The notes: generated by a model not told the origin, from the sequence alone. A stretch of 64,000 nucleotides of DNA from an uncultured Solirubrobacteraceae bacterium (GCA_964588985.1 CAZPQW010000004.1:120375-184374); one strand, 5' to 3'. Counted from the first letter of the stretch, positions 17,885 through 27,288 are shown. Translations and numbers: made by a program.

Positions 17885-18583
17885 TCATCGTCCACCGAAC
17901 CGTCGTCGGCGGGCGTTGAACTCAGCCAGCGCCTCTTCGAGATGCCCGCGGGTGAAATCTGGCCACAGCTCGTCGCTGAAGACGAGCTCCGAATACGCCG
18001 CCTGCCAGAGCAGGAAGTTCGACAGCCGCCGCTCTCCGCCCGTGCGGATGATCAGATCGGGGTCGTGCATATCGGGGGCGTAGAGGTGCCTGTGGAACTC
18101 GTCCTCGCAGTCGGTGCGCACGCCTCTGGCGGCATCGACGATCTCCGCGCGCCCGCCGTAGTTGACCGCGACGAACAGCGTGATCAAACGGTTCTTCGCC
18201 GTCAGGGCTTCGGCCCGCTCCATCACCTCCACGAGTTCGCTGGCCACGCCCTGGCGACGCCCGATGAAACGCATGCGTACGCTGTGTCGGTGCAGTTCGG
18301 GCGCCTCGCGCGCGATTCGCTTGGCGAGCACGGAGATCAGGTCCCGCACCTCCTCGACCGGCCTCGACCAGTTCTCGGTCGAGAACGAGTAGATCGTCAG
18401 CTGCTCGATCCCCAGCTCGACCGCGTCGCGCAGTCGTGCCTTGAGCGTATCCGCGCCCGCGTCGTGACCGTCCTTGATCGACAGGCGCCGCGCCCGTGCC
18501 CAGCGGCCGTTGCCGTCGGTGATGATCGCGACGTATCTCGCCGTACCGAACGGTGCATGCTCGGCGGTGGCGGTGGGGCTCAT
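17885..18583 (-). CDS. uppS: Cis-prenyltransferase (UppS-family polyprenyl diphosphate synthase)
   Basis: AIITDGNGRWA, YSFSTENWSRP, NYGGRAEI, PDLIIRTGGERRLSNFLLWQAAYSE, RRFGG; ATGA overlap with the upstream gene. Confidence 0.95.
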   Translation of the reverse strand: MSPTATAEHAPFGTARYVAIITDGNGRWARARRLSIKDGHDAGADTLKARLRDAVELGIEQLTIYSFSTENWSRPVEEVRDLISVLAKRIAREAPELHRHSVRMRFIGRRQGVASELVEVMERAEALTAKNRLITLFVAVNYGGRAEIVDAARGVRTDCEDEFHRHLYAPDMHDPDLIIRTGGERRLSNFLLWQAAYSELVFSDELWPDFTRGHLEEALAEFNARRRRFGGR

Positions 18584-19806
18584 GCCGCGCCACCCACCGA
18601 CTCCGGGATCTGAGATCCGTGGCGCGTGCGAACACGCTTCATCGCGCGCCACGTGTGCATCACCGCGAGCGTTGGTCCGATCAACGGCCGCAGACGGCGC
18701 GTGACGTGCTCGGTGACCGGTAGCGCGAACTCGTTCTTGGCGGTCGGGGCGGAGGTGTAGTAGGCGACCACGCCCACGAGGGTCATGACGTGATGGGCTC
18801 CGTGGGGAGCGCGCCGAGCATGGCCGACGGCGTCGTCGATGACACTCACGAGTCGTCCTGCGAGCACGTCGCGATCGTCGTAGTACTGCACGTACCCGGG
18901 CTGCCCCGCGTTGAGATCGCGCTCGTAGTCGATCAAGCTGTCGAGGATCGTTGGGAGCACGGAGATCGACAGGTAGATCCTGTCGATCTCGAGCGCCTGC
19001 TCGTAGGTGGTGCGCGCATCTGCGGCGGCCGCGATGAGCGCGTGCACGGCGAGCACCGAGCACGCGGCGCCGGCGAGGAACTCGCGCCACTGCAGCGGTG
19101 TTCCAACCGCGTTGAGCTTTGCCCAGCGTTCCAGCTGGCCGGGGCCCGACAGCGTGGCGGCATGAATGCGCAACTGCGCTTCCGCACCACGCTCCGCGCT
19201 TCGCTGCAGGATGTCGGTGAACCTGGTGGTCGAGGGTAGCCTCGCGAGGGCTGCTCGTACGGTGGCGACCAGCTCGTCGAGATAACCGCCGTCCTCGGAG
19301 TGGGGGTGGTAGCGGTAGTAGTCGCCGATCGGCGCGAGCATCGGCGTGACCGCGTCGGTGAAGGCGGCGAACAGGCGATAGCCGTCGTCGGGCGATTCGT
19401 GCGACGGCGACTCGGTCAGGCCATCCAGGTAGTCGTAGAGGACCTCCAGCGCGACGATCGCGGTGACGGTGTCGCCGCGGTGGGATCGCGGCACGAGCGT
19501 CGCGAGCATCGCCGCGACCTCCGCGTTGAAGCCCTCCTCGGCCAGCTTCTGCGAAGCGAGCGCGCGCAGGGTCGGATCGCGGATCTCCTCGGCGCGGCTG
19601 CGCCAGCGGCTCAACTGCTGGGCGACCGGCCGCGCAACGCTCGACCAGTAGCGCACGTTCGCGACCAGCAGCGCGCGGCCGGCTTGGGCGGCAAGGCGGC
19701 CGTCCATTACGGCGGTCGTCCCTTCGATATGGCGAACGCTGCTGAGCTGCTGAGGCGTGTGGGGGCGCCGCGGCGGTGGTGCTACGAGGGTCGGCGGCCT
19801 ACTCAT
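18580..19806 (-). CDS. YtpB/DUF2600-like (tetraprenyl-beta-curcumene synthase family, class IB) terpene synthase
   Basis: QQLSRWRSRAEEIRDPTLRALA N-terminus, DYLDGLTE and LDSLIDYERD Asp-rich motifs, DGGYLDELV, WREFLAGAACS; start may be later (MDGRL). Confidence 0.8.
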   Translation of the reverse strand: MSRPPTLVAPPPRRPHTPQQLSSVRHIEGTTAVMDGRLAAQAGRALLVANVRYWSSVARPVAQQLSRWRSRAEEIRDPTLRALASQKLAEEGFNAEVAAMLATLVPRSHRGDTVTAIVALEVLYDYLDGLTESPSHESPDDGYRLFAAFTDAVTPMLAPIGDYYRYHPHSEDGGYLDELVATVRAALARLPSTTRFTDILQRSAERGAEAQLRIHAATLSGPGQLERWAKLNAVGTPLQWREFLAGAACSVLAVHALIAAAADARTTYEQALEIDRIYLSISVLPTILDSLIDYERDLNAGQPGYVQYYDDRDVLAGRLVSVIDDAVGHARRAPHGAHHVMTLVGVVAYYTSAPTAKNEFALPVTEHVTRRLRPLIGPTLAVMHTWRAMKRVRTRHGSQIPESVGGAA

Positions 19807-22381
19807 CGAGGGCTAGCGTGGGGGAGGTGCGCGAAGCCCACCAGCCTGGAATGGCGACGAAGGCCATGACGACCACGATCACCAGCGCGATGATCTCGAG
19901 GGGACGCAGGCTCCCGGCGAGGTTCGCCACGGGGAAGCCCGTCACATGCTTGAGGTAGCTGTCGATGATGATCTGACCGTAGATACCCGCCACAGCGCCC
20001 GTGACGCACCCTGCGCTCAGCATCAGCGTGGCTTCCGTGAGCAGGATGCGCCGCAGACGAGAGGGGCGCACTCCCGCGAGGCGCAGCCCGGCGAGCGATG
20101 CCCGTCGCTGCCAGATGCTGGATCCCAGGGCCGAGGCCATCGCCAGCATCGCGGCCGCGATCAGCAGCGTGGATATCTCGCCGAGGCGGCTGAGCCCTTC
20201 GCTTGTGAGATGGTCGATCCGCTGCTCGCGGGTGTGCGAGGAGGACACTTCCAGCCCGCTCGTCGGGCCGAGCAGGTGAGCGATCTCGGCGCGGATCCGC
20301 TCGAGGTCAGCGCCTGGAGTCAGCTTCACGCCGAGCGCGGTCGGAGCTGTGCTGGACCAGTAGCGACGGTAGTCCGAGCTGCCGATGAAGATCGCGCCGG
20401 GACTCCAGGCTAGGTTGGTCGTGGTCGCTGCCAGTCGGAAGGGGATGTCTCCCATTGGCGTTGGAAGGGAGAGCGATTCCCCGATACCGACGTGGTGTTC
20501 GTCTGCGATTTGCTTTGACAGCACGATCCAGCCAGTTTCTCCCAGACGCTTGACGGAGTCGGCTGCGCTGCCTTCGACGACTTGACTCGTGAGGACGTGT
20601 CTGTTCGACCCGGCCGGTCGCGCGATCATCCACACACGCCTGTTGCCCAGTGCCAGGAATCCCCCCTGATATTCGTTGACACTCATGACACCGGGTATCC
20701 GCGCAACGCGCGTCGAATAGTGATCGGACATGAACGTGATGGTTGCCTGGTTGTCACCTGGGTTGCTGATCCACAGATCTGCATCGACGGAATAACTGTG
20801 TGCGAAGCCGGCGATTCCACGGAGCAGATCGTCTCGCGAGCCCCCCAGTGCGATGCTGCCGAAGATAGCGACGGCACCGGTCGCTGCAAGCGCAAGCGAG
20901 CGCAGCGTGGCGGCTCTCAACGACGCGAGCGAGATCTGGAGAACGGTGAGCCGCTGAACGCGCTCGGTCAGAGCCGTGCCGGCACGCAGCACTCCCGCGA
21001 AGACCAGCGGAACCACGAGCACCGTCGCCATCGCCAGCACCCCGCTGGCGACGAAGCCGAGCGACGGGCTCAGCGCGAACAGCACGGTCGAGAGCGCCAC
21101 CAGGGCGATCGAGCCGAGCCCCAGCCACAGCTGGGTCCTGCCGCCCGTCGCGTTACCCGGCGCGCCGTCCTCGAAGTACACAGCGTCCAACGCTCGCCCC
21201 TGGCGCAGGTCGAGCAACGGCACCGCCGAGGCGAGGAACGTGGCGAGGGTGCCGCCGAGCAGCGAGAGCAACAGCGGCTCGAGGCGAACCACGGTGCTCG
21301 TACCCAGCGTGAAGGCCTCCGCGAGGTAGCTGGAGGATTGATGGAAGACGCCCAGCGAGAGCAGGTAGCCGGCGAGCAGGCCGATCGAGGAGGCGGCGAG
21401 GCCGAGGCACAGCGCCTGGAAGGCCACGATCTGCATGATCGCCGCGCGCTTGGTGCCGATCAGCCGCAGATCGGCTATCGCCTGGCGTCGCTCGGGTACG
21501 GTCAGGAGCATCGCGTTGAAAGCGAACAGGAAGCCGAGCAGCACGCTGATGGCGGCGAAGAAGCCGCTCACCTGATCGCTCGGGCCGAGCGCCTGGTGCA
21601 GTTGCGCCACTTCCGCATCGGCAGCGCCCACGGTCAGACGCCCCTGGCCGAGTTTTTTCAGCTCATCGTTCACCAGCGCCTTCTTCCCCGGTTCGGTCTT
21701 GACGAGGATGCGCGTGAGCCGTTCCGGCAGGCCGGCGAGTTGCTGGAGTCGGTTGAGCGGCAGTACCGCCACACGCGCCTGCGCGAGTGCTCCGGCGGCT
21801 TCGTGTCCGAGCACCGCGGCGACTTTCATGTGGTGCGCTTCGCCACGCAACTGCAGCAGGATGTTGCTGTCCAGGTTGGATGGTCCGATACCCAGTTCCC
21901 CGGCGCTCGTCTTGCTCAGCCCGACCGCTCCGGGCGTGAACGCCGCGAGCGGGATCGTGTGGGCCAGGCCGTTGAGCATCGCGAGGCTGACTTCGGTGCC
22001 GGCCAGCTCCACGGTCGCGTGGCGGTCGTGAGGCCCGACGATCGTCGCGGTGAGTTCGAGCAGAGGGGCGGCCTGCTCGACGCCGCGAAGGTGCTCCACG
22101 CGCTTCAGCAGTTGACCGTCGAGACCATCGGGGTCGCGTGCGCGCAGCTCGAGGTTCGCGGGTCCGACGACCGCGTGTACGACTTCTCCGGCCGAGCCGG
22201 CGATGCTGCCGTTGGCGATCAGCACGGCGAACACGAGCGCGACCGCGATCGCCACCCCGAGGCCGGCGAGCAGCTCCTGCACGCGGTGGACGCGCAGGCG
22301 ACTGCGGTAGAGATACACGAGCGCGTATGGCCGAACCAGGGTTCTCGCCTGGAGCGGTTCGGGGCGCCTGGATGGGCTCAC
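19799..22381 (-). CDS. FtsX/MacB-type (type VII) ABC transporter permease, duplicated architecture
   Basis: 860 aa; two extracytoplasmic domains, each followed by ERRQAIADLRLIG or QRRASLAGLRLAG coupling motifs. Confidence 0.9.
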   Translation of the reverse strand: MSPSRRPEPLQARTLVRPYALVYLYRSRLRVHRVQELLAGLGVAIAVALVFAVLIANGSIAGSAGEVVHAVVGPANLELRARDPDGLDGQLLKRVEHLRGVEQAAPLLELTATIVGPHDRHATVELAGTEVSLAMLNGLAHTIPLAAFTPGAVGLSKTSAGELGIGPSNLDSNILLQLRGEAHHMKVAAVLGHEAAGALAQARVAVLPLNRLQQLAGLPERLTRILVKTEPGKKALVNDELKKLGQGRLTVGAADAEVAQLHQALGPSDQVSGFFAAISVLLGFLFAFNAMLLTVPERRQAIADLRLIGTKRAAIMQIVAFQALCLGLAASSIGLLAGYLLSLGVFHQSSSYLAEAFTLGTSTVVRLEPLLLSLLGGTLATFLASAVPLLDLRQGRALDAVYFEDGAPGNATGGRTQLWLGLGSIALVALSTVLFALSPSLGFVASGVLAMATVLVVPLVFAGVLRAGTALTERVQRLTVLQISLASLRAATLRSLALAATGAVAIFGSIALGGSRDDLLRGIAGFAHSYSVDADLWISNPGDNQATITFMSDHYSTRVARIPGVMSVNEYQGGFLALGNRRVWMIARPAGSNRHVLTSQVVEGSAADSVKRLGETGWIVLSKQIADEHHVGIGESLSLPTPMGDIPFRLAATTTNLAWSPGAIFIGSSDYRRYWSSTAPTALGVKLTPGADLERIRAEIAHLLGPTSGLEVSSSHTREQRIDHLTSEGLSRLGEISTLLIAAAMLAMASALGSSIWQRRASLAGLRLAGVRPSRLRRILLTEATLMLSAGCVTGAVAGIYGQIIIDSYLKHVTGFPVANLAGSLRPLEIIALVIVVVMAFVAIPGWWASRTSPTLALDE

Positions 22382-23109
22382 GCTGGCGCAGCCGGAGCGC
22401 GAGGATCGAGCGTGAGTCGAACTCGCTCCTCGCTGAGGCTATGGCCCTCCGTGAACCTGCCGTCGCGTAGCGAACAGTGCCTGTCAGCGAGCAGCGCGGC
22501 CTCCGTGTCGTGGGTGACCAGGAGCACCGCGGCGCCTCGCTCGTGCGCGATCGAGCGCAGCAGCCCGACGATCTCCTTGCTCCGAGCGCTGTCGAGGTTT
22601 CCGGTCGGCTCGTCGGCGAGGATCAGCTTGGGTTCGCCGGCGAGCGCGCGGGCAATCGCGATGCGCTGACGCTCGCCGCCGGAGAGCTCGTGAGGCTTGT
22701 GGTGGAGACGATCGCCGAGCCCGACCCGCTCCAGCCACGGGCGCGCGAGCGCCTGCGCGTCACGGGCGCCCACACCGCCGAGCAGGAGCTTGATCGAGGT
22801 GTTCTCGATCGCCGACACGCGCGGCATCAGATGGAAGTTCTGGTAGATGAAGCCGACGTCCTTGAGGAGGTAGTCGCTCGCCTCTCTCTCGTTCAACGAG
22901 GACAGGTCGCGGCCACCGAAGCGAATCGTGCCGTGGTCCGGTTGCAGCAGTGCGGCGATCAGCAGCAGGATGGTGGTCTTGCCGGAGCCCGACGGTCCCA
23001 GCAGGGCGACGATCTCGCCCGCGTCGACGGTGAGGCTCACGCCGTTGACCGCGTTCACCTCCTCGCCCGCCCCGCGGTAGCGCTTGACCACTTCTTCCAG
23101 CTCGAGCAT
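22378..23109 (-). CDS. ABC transporter ATP-binding protein (LolD/MacB-like), intact motifs
   Basis: GPSGSGKT, LSGGERQR, ILADEPTGNLD, VTHD. Confidence 0.95.
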   Translation of the reverse strand: MLELEEVVKRYRGAGEEVNAVNGVSLTVDAGEIVALLGPSGSGKTTILLLIAALLQPDHGTIRFGGRDLSSLNEREASDYLLKDVGFIYQNFHLMPRVSAIENTSIKLLLGGVGARDAQALARPWLERVGLGDRLHHKPHELSGGERQRIAIARALAGEPKLILADEPTGNLDSARSKEIVGLLRSIAHERGAAVLLVTHDTEAALLADRHCSLRDGRFTEGHSLSEERVRLTLDPRAPAAPA

Positions 23110-23170
23110 GCTCGAAGCTACCCCGCTGCGACTGCTTGGTATCTACACCCGCGCAGGCGCGACGCGCGCA

Positions 23171-23875
23171 TCACGCCGAGCGACGTCGCAGGGGCAGCAC
23201 CGGCGCCAGCTCGCGTGTGGGTCTCCCGTGCAGTTCGCCATCGCTGAGCGTCAGCGCGCGAGCGCCGGAGAGGCCCGTCGACTCGCCGGTGCTCGTGAGG
23301 ACCGCCATGCCCTCCCCCGTGAGGGAGCGCAGCAGCAGCAGGATCGCGTCTCGCGCTAGCAGGTCCACGCCGATCGTGGGCTCGTCGACGAGCAACAGCT
23401 TCGGCTGCAGCGCGATCGCTCGCGCGATCGCCACGCGCACCGCTTCGCCGCCGTCGAGCTCCGTGGGCTTGAGCTTCGCGCAGCTGCCCGCGTCCGCCCG
23501 CTCGAGCGCTTCCCAGGCGCGATTGGTGGCCGTCGATGGCGCGACGCCTCGCGCCAGCTGGCCCACGACGAGATGGTCGAGCACGACCCTACCCTCGTTC
23601 GGGTGAAACGTCTTGCGGCAGTAGCCGATGCTCTCGCCGAGCAGCTCGCAGTGCCGCGCCGACAGATCGCGTCCTCCCAGACGCACGACGCCGCTGTCCG
23701 GAGTCTCCACGCCAGCGGCGATGCGCAGCAGGGTGGAGCGGCCGGAGCGTCGGCGACCCCATATGGCCACCATTTCGCCCGCTTCGACCTCGAGCGATGC
23801 GTCGTGAAGGACCACGTGCTCGTTCAAACCTCGCCCGTAGCGCTTGCTGATGTGCTCGAGCTCGAGCAGGCTCAT
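23171..23875 (-). CDS. ABC ATP-binding protein with degenerate motifs
   Basis: Walker A GRRRSGRST, signature LDGGE, LLVDEP, no H-loop His (TSTGES). Confidence 0.85.
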   Translation of the reverse strand: MSLLELEHISKRYGRGLNEHVVLHDASLEVEAGEMVAIWGRRRSGRSTLLRIAAGVETPDSGVVRLGGRDLSARHCELLGESIGYCRKTFHPNEGRVVLDHLVVGQLARGVAPSTATNRAWEALERADAGSCAKLKPTELDGGEAVRVAIARAIALQPKLLLVDEPTIGVDLLARDAILLLLRSLTGEGMAVLTSTGESTGLSGARALTLSDGELHGRPTRELAPVLPLRRRSA

Positions 23876-24483
23876 CGCGGGGCGTCCCTTCCGTCGGCCA
23901 GCGCTTTGAACTCGCGTCTGGCGTATTCGACCCATGGCAGCTTCGCTTCCATAGCAAGGCGACTCTCCTCGGAGATCAGTCGCGCCGCGAGCCCGGACCC
24001 GGGGTCCCCTGGATGGGGGGCGGGCGTGGGGATCGCGGCCTGGCTGGCCTCTTCCAGGCAGGCCACGCCGTAGCGCTCGATCACCTCGAGAGCCATCTCC
24101 GGTTCGTGGGCGAACACAGCCAACTGGCGCGCGAACAGTCTCGAGCGACGGAAGTCTTCCTGGATCTGCTCGGTGAGACGCTCCTTGTAGCTGTCCACCC
24201 CGTCGGTGGTCGCTCGGTATCGGGGCTTGGGCTGGCGTCCCGAGCGGGTTCCCGGTATCTCGGCGATCAATCCCCTCCGCTGCAGCGTGTCCAGGGCCGT
24301 GTAGACATACGAGACGCCGCTCAGGTGGAGCATCCCCGCGTACGCTGTTTCGAATCTCTGCGCGAGCTCGTAGCCGTAGCTGGGCCGCTCGATCACGAGT
24401 CCGAGCAGCGCCCACTGAACGGCCGACTGCATCGGCCCGGAGCTCTTCTTGGCCCGTGTCTGGACTGCTGTTTGATCTTCCAT
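23872..24483 (-). CDS. PadR-family transcriptional regulator
   Basis: ALLGLVIERPSYGYELAQRF...VYTALDTLQRRGLI...RYRATTDG. Confidence 0.9.
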   Translation of the reverse strand: MEDQTAVQTRAKKSSGPMQSAVQWALLGLVIERPSYGYELAQRFETAYAGMLHLSGVSYVYTALDTLQRRGLIAEIPGTRSGRQPKPRYRATTDGVDSYKERLTEQIQEDFRRSRLFARQLAVFAHEPEMALEVIERYGVACLEEASQAAIPTPAPHPGDPGSGLAARLISEESRLAMEAKLPWVEYARREFKALADGRDAPR

Positions 24484-24577
24484 TTAACGGTACAGGTTAC
24501 TTGGCGAGCAAACGGTCAGCAAAGCGATGTTTCTAACTGTTGTTCCCATATTCCGCGCACTATCCGCAGACAGTCAC

Positions 24578-24590
24578 AATGTAGAACATT
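24578..24590. promoter_or_regulatory. Inverted repeat AATGT-AGA-ACATT in the divergent padR/HTH promoter region (candidate operator)
   Basis: Perfect 5-bp arms in an AT-rich intergenic region; related ATGTTTCTA at 24527. Confidence 0.35.
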
Positions 24591-24640
24591 CAAAGGCGTG
24601 TCTTATCAAGAGTGCCGGTGCGCTGCATCATTCGGTTCCC

Positions 24641-25135
24641 ATGAACACCGATGCAGACATAGGTCAACGGCTTCCGCGCCTAGAGAACGGCTCGCGTCTG
24701 CGCCATCTCAACGGAGGAGCGAACGCCTTGGCAAATGGAGCGCATGCGATTGAGGCCGGCCGAGAGGCCGTGCTGGTGACCGGCGCGGACTCAGAGAAGA
24801 TCGTGATCGAGCTCTCGCCGGCTCAGGTCGACCGCGTCGTGCGCGGCGCGGCCGAGAGCGGCAACATGTCCGTCCTGCTGTCGGGTCTGGACGACGTTCG
24901 CGAGGTGCTCGCGCGCGAGCCGCGCCAGTTGGAGGACTCTCGCCTGTCGCGCTCGCTGCTCGCGGGACTGTTGATGCTCGCCTCGTTTCCCACGGACGGG
25001 AGCTATCTAGGGAACGCCGAAATCGCCCGGATGCTCGACATGAACCCCAGCACGACCCATCGCTACGTCTCCACTCTCGTGGCGGTGGGGCTGCTGGAGC
25101 GCGATCCGGCGACTCGCCGGTACCGACTCGTTTGA
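24641..25135 (+). CDS. Regulator with C-terminal IclR-type HTH and no IclR effector domain
   Basis: SRSLLAGLLMLASF...LGNAEIARMLDMNPSTTHRYVSTLVAVGLLERDPATRRYRL at the C-terminus. Confidence 0.8.
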   Translation: MNTDADIGQRLPRLENGSRLRHLNGGANALANGAHAIEAGREAVLVTGADSEKIVIELSPAQVDRVVRGAAESGNMSVLLSGLDDVREVLAREPRQLEDSRLSRSLLAGLLMLASFPTDGSYLGNAEIARMLDMNPSTTHRYVSTLVAVGLLERDPATRRYRLV

Positions 25136-25159
25136 TGCGCCCCGCGCGAGCGTCGCGAC

Positions 25160-26122
25160 TCACGCCCCTCCGTAGGAGGCCGGCGCGGGAGGATCTTCGC
25201 GGATGCCGGCCAGCAGCCCCAGCAATTGCCGCCCACTGGTACCGCCGAGGACCCGCAGGCGATGCAGTCGGTAGGGATCGTCGTGAGGGTGCGCCCAGCC
25301 GGGGACTACGGTCGTGGACCCCGTATAGCCCGCCGCGCGGACCTCGGCCACGACGGCCGCGTTGTAGTGGCCTGACGGGTAGCAGAACCAGTTGACCGGG
25401 ACGCCATAGCGCTGCTGGACGACGCGTCGCGCGACGGCCACCTGATACCGAAGCTGCTTGGGGTCGAGCGCGATCAGATCCGCGTGGCTGAAGCCCTGCG
25501 TGTCGAGCTCCCAGCCGGCCTTCACGAGACCGCGTATCTCCTCCTGTCCGAGCCCGCCCTGCGAGGGCGGTAGGCCGGTCAGCTGGATGTTCTCGTCGCC
25601 CACCCAGCCGAGCCGCTGCAGGACGGGGAGCGCCTGGGTGTACTGCGACTGGTAGCCGTTGTCGAAGCTGATCACGATCGGCTTGCCCGGGCCGATCGAG
25701 ACGCCCCGACGCCAGTGGGCCTCCACCTGGTCGAGCGTGACCGCGTGCCAGCCAGTGTCCTCGAGCGCCTGCATCTGCTCGGCGAACTGTTGTGGTTCGA
25801 CGTACAGGCCGGGAAACGGCGCGCCCGCGGGAGGCGCGGCGATGACGTGGTACATGAGGATCGGCACCGGGGTCGTGCCGGGAGGACCTACGACCGTCTG
25901 CGTGGTGCTCGGCGATTGCTTGGTGGCGGGCCGGCTGGAGTGGGCCGTGGTTGCGCCCCGCGGATGGTTGTTCGCGGGGGAGCCTCCGGAGCTGGAGGCG
26001 ATGGCTATCGCGGCGGCCGCGCCGAGGAGCAGGGCCGCTGTCAGTACGGTTGCCGTGCGCCGACGCCGGCGGATCTCCCGCCGGCGCTGCTCACGACGGG
26101 TGCGAAGGGCGTGTGAGTCCAT
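25160..26122 (-). CDS. Polysaccharide deacetylase (NodB/IcaB-like), membrane-anchored, atypical metal ligands
   Basis: VPILMYH, ISFDNG, DTQGFSH, FCYPSG. Confidence 0.88.
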   Translation of the reverse strand: MDSHALRTRREQRRREIRRRRRTATVLTAALLLGAAAAIAIASSSGGSPANNHPRGATTAHSSRPATKQSPSTTQTVVGPPGTTPVPILMYHVIAAPPAGAPFPGLYVEPQQFAEQMQALEDTGWHAVTLDQVEAHWRRGVSIGPGKPIVISFDNGYQSQYTQALPVLQRLGWVGDENIQLTGLPPSQGGLGQEEIRGLVKAGWELDTQGFSHADLIALDPKQLRYQVAVARRVVQQRYGVPVNWFCYPSGHYNAAVVAEVRAAGYTGSTTVVPGWAHPHDDPYRLHRLRVLGGTSGRQLLGLLAGIREDPPAPASYGGA

Positions 26123-26205
26123 ACCGTGTGTGGAGGCCGCGACGATCGAGCAGCCGGCGCATCGGGAGGGGAGCATAGTCGCTCGCAAAACGGGAATCAG
26201 CCTTA

Positions 26206-26224
26206 GATAAGACGTAGTCTCATC
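26206..26224. promoter_or_regulatory. Imperfect palindrome GATAAGAC-GTA-GTCTCATC upstream of the metal SBP gene (candidate metalloregulator operator)
   Basis: 7 of 8 bp arms pair; AT-rich; 20 nt upstream of the ATG. Confidence 0.45.
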
Positions 26225-26244
26225 ATTTGTTAGCCTTTCGTGCC

Positions 26245-27186
26245 ATGGGAAAGCGCGCCATCCCGCTTGTCTGGCTGCTGGTGGCAGCCGGGCTCGCGCT
26301 CGTAATCGCCGGATGCGATCGCTCGGGTCTCGCGCCGGTCGACTCCACACCTGCGTCTGCTGGAGGGCCACGCTTCGAGGTGGTGGCGGCGGAGAATTTC
26401 TGGGGGAGCCTCGCCGCGCAGCTGGCCGGCTCCAGGGCGGAGGTTCACAGCGTCATCGTCAACCCCGGCACCGACCCGCACAGCTACCAGCCGACCGCAC
26501 AGGATGCGCGTAGGTTCGCGGGCGCGAACGTGGCGATCGTCAACGGCGTCGGCTACGACGAATGGGCAACGCAGCTGCTGGACGCAAGCTCTGCCAGCGG
26601 ACGCGTGGTACTGAACGTCGGCCGTCTGCTCGGATTGAGCGAAGGCGCAAACCCGCACCGGTGGTACTTCCCCCACGACGTAGCAGGGGTGATCGACTCG
26701 ATCGTGGCCGACTACGACCGCCTGGATCCGTCGGACACGGGGTACTTCGCACAGCGCAAGCAGATGCTGCTGAGTACCGGGCTGGCGCGCTACGAGCAGC
26801 TGCTGCGTGAGATCCGCGCGCGCTACGCGGGCGTGCCGGTCGGCTACAGCGAGAGCATCTTCCAGGGATTGGGTGAATACCTCGACCTGAAGCTCGCAAC
26901 CCCCTACAGCTTCGCCAAGGCGATCGCGGAGGGCACCGACGTGACCGCCCGGGACAAGCAGGCAGTCGACGCCCAGGTTCAGGGCCGCAAGATCGCAGTG
27001 TGGGTTTTCAACACCCAGAACGTGACCCCGGACGTGCAGCGCGTGAACCAGATCGCGCGCGAAGAGCACATCCCGATCGCGACGATCACCGAGACGCTCA
27101 CACCCGCGTCGGCGAGCTTCCAGCAGTGGCAGGTCGAGCAGCTAGAAGGGTTGGCGCGGGCGCTACACGAAGCCACCGGTCGGTAG
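26245..27186 (+). CDS. Zn/Mn ABC transporter substrate-binding lipoprotein (ZnuA/MntA family), orphan
   Basis: Lipobox IAGC, VVAAENFWGS, DPHSYQP, NPHRWY. Confidence 0.9.
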   Translation: MGKRAIPLVWLLVAAGLALVIAGCDRSGLAPVDSTPASAGGPRFEVVAAENFWGSLAAQLAGSRAEVHSVIVNPGTDPHSYQPTAQDARRFAGANVAIVNGVGYDEWATQLLDASSASGRVVLNVGRLLGLSEGANPHRWYFPHDVAGVIDSIVADYDRLDPSDTGYFAQRKQMLLSTGLARYEQLLREIRARYAGVPVGYSESIFQGLGEYLDLKLATPYSFAKAIAEGTDVTARDKQAVDAQVQGRKIAVWVFNTQNVTPDVQRVNQIAREEHIPIATITETLTPASASFQQWQVEQLEGLARALHEATGR

Positions 27187-27288
27187 CGGAACGCGAGTCG
27201 TCGAGCTGGGCCGCGCAGGCCGCACGTGCGCTCGCCGATGCCGGCCGGCGGCGCGGCGGAGCAGTGTCGCGCATGTGTGGAGCGCTGA

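Noticed and set aside
16524-19090. N-terminally extended versions of the ORFs ending at 16524 and 17885 (likewise 23171, 28340, 49256, 51258)
   Set aside because: The extensions overlap upstream genes in another frame; internal starts with overlaps or signal peptides fit better, so these are not fusions
20582-22669. Very long antisense or off-frame ORFs (also 29365-31650, 39676-42594, 48929-50908, 61129-63384)
   Set aside because: Expected in high-GC DNA; they overlap well-supported genes and carry no motifs
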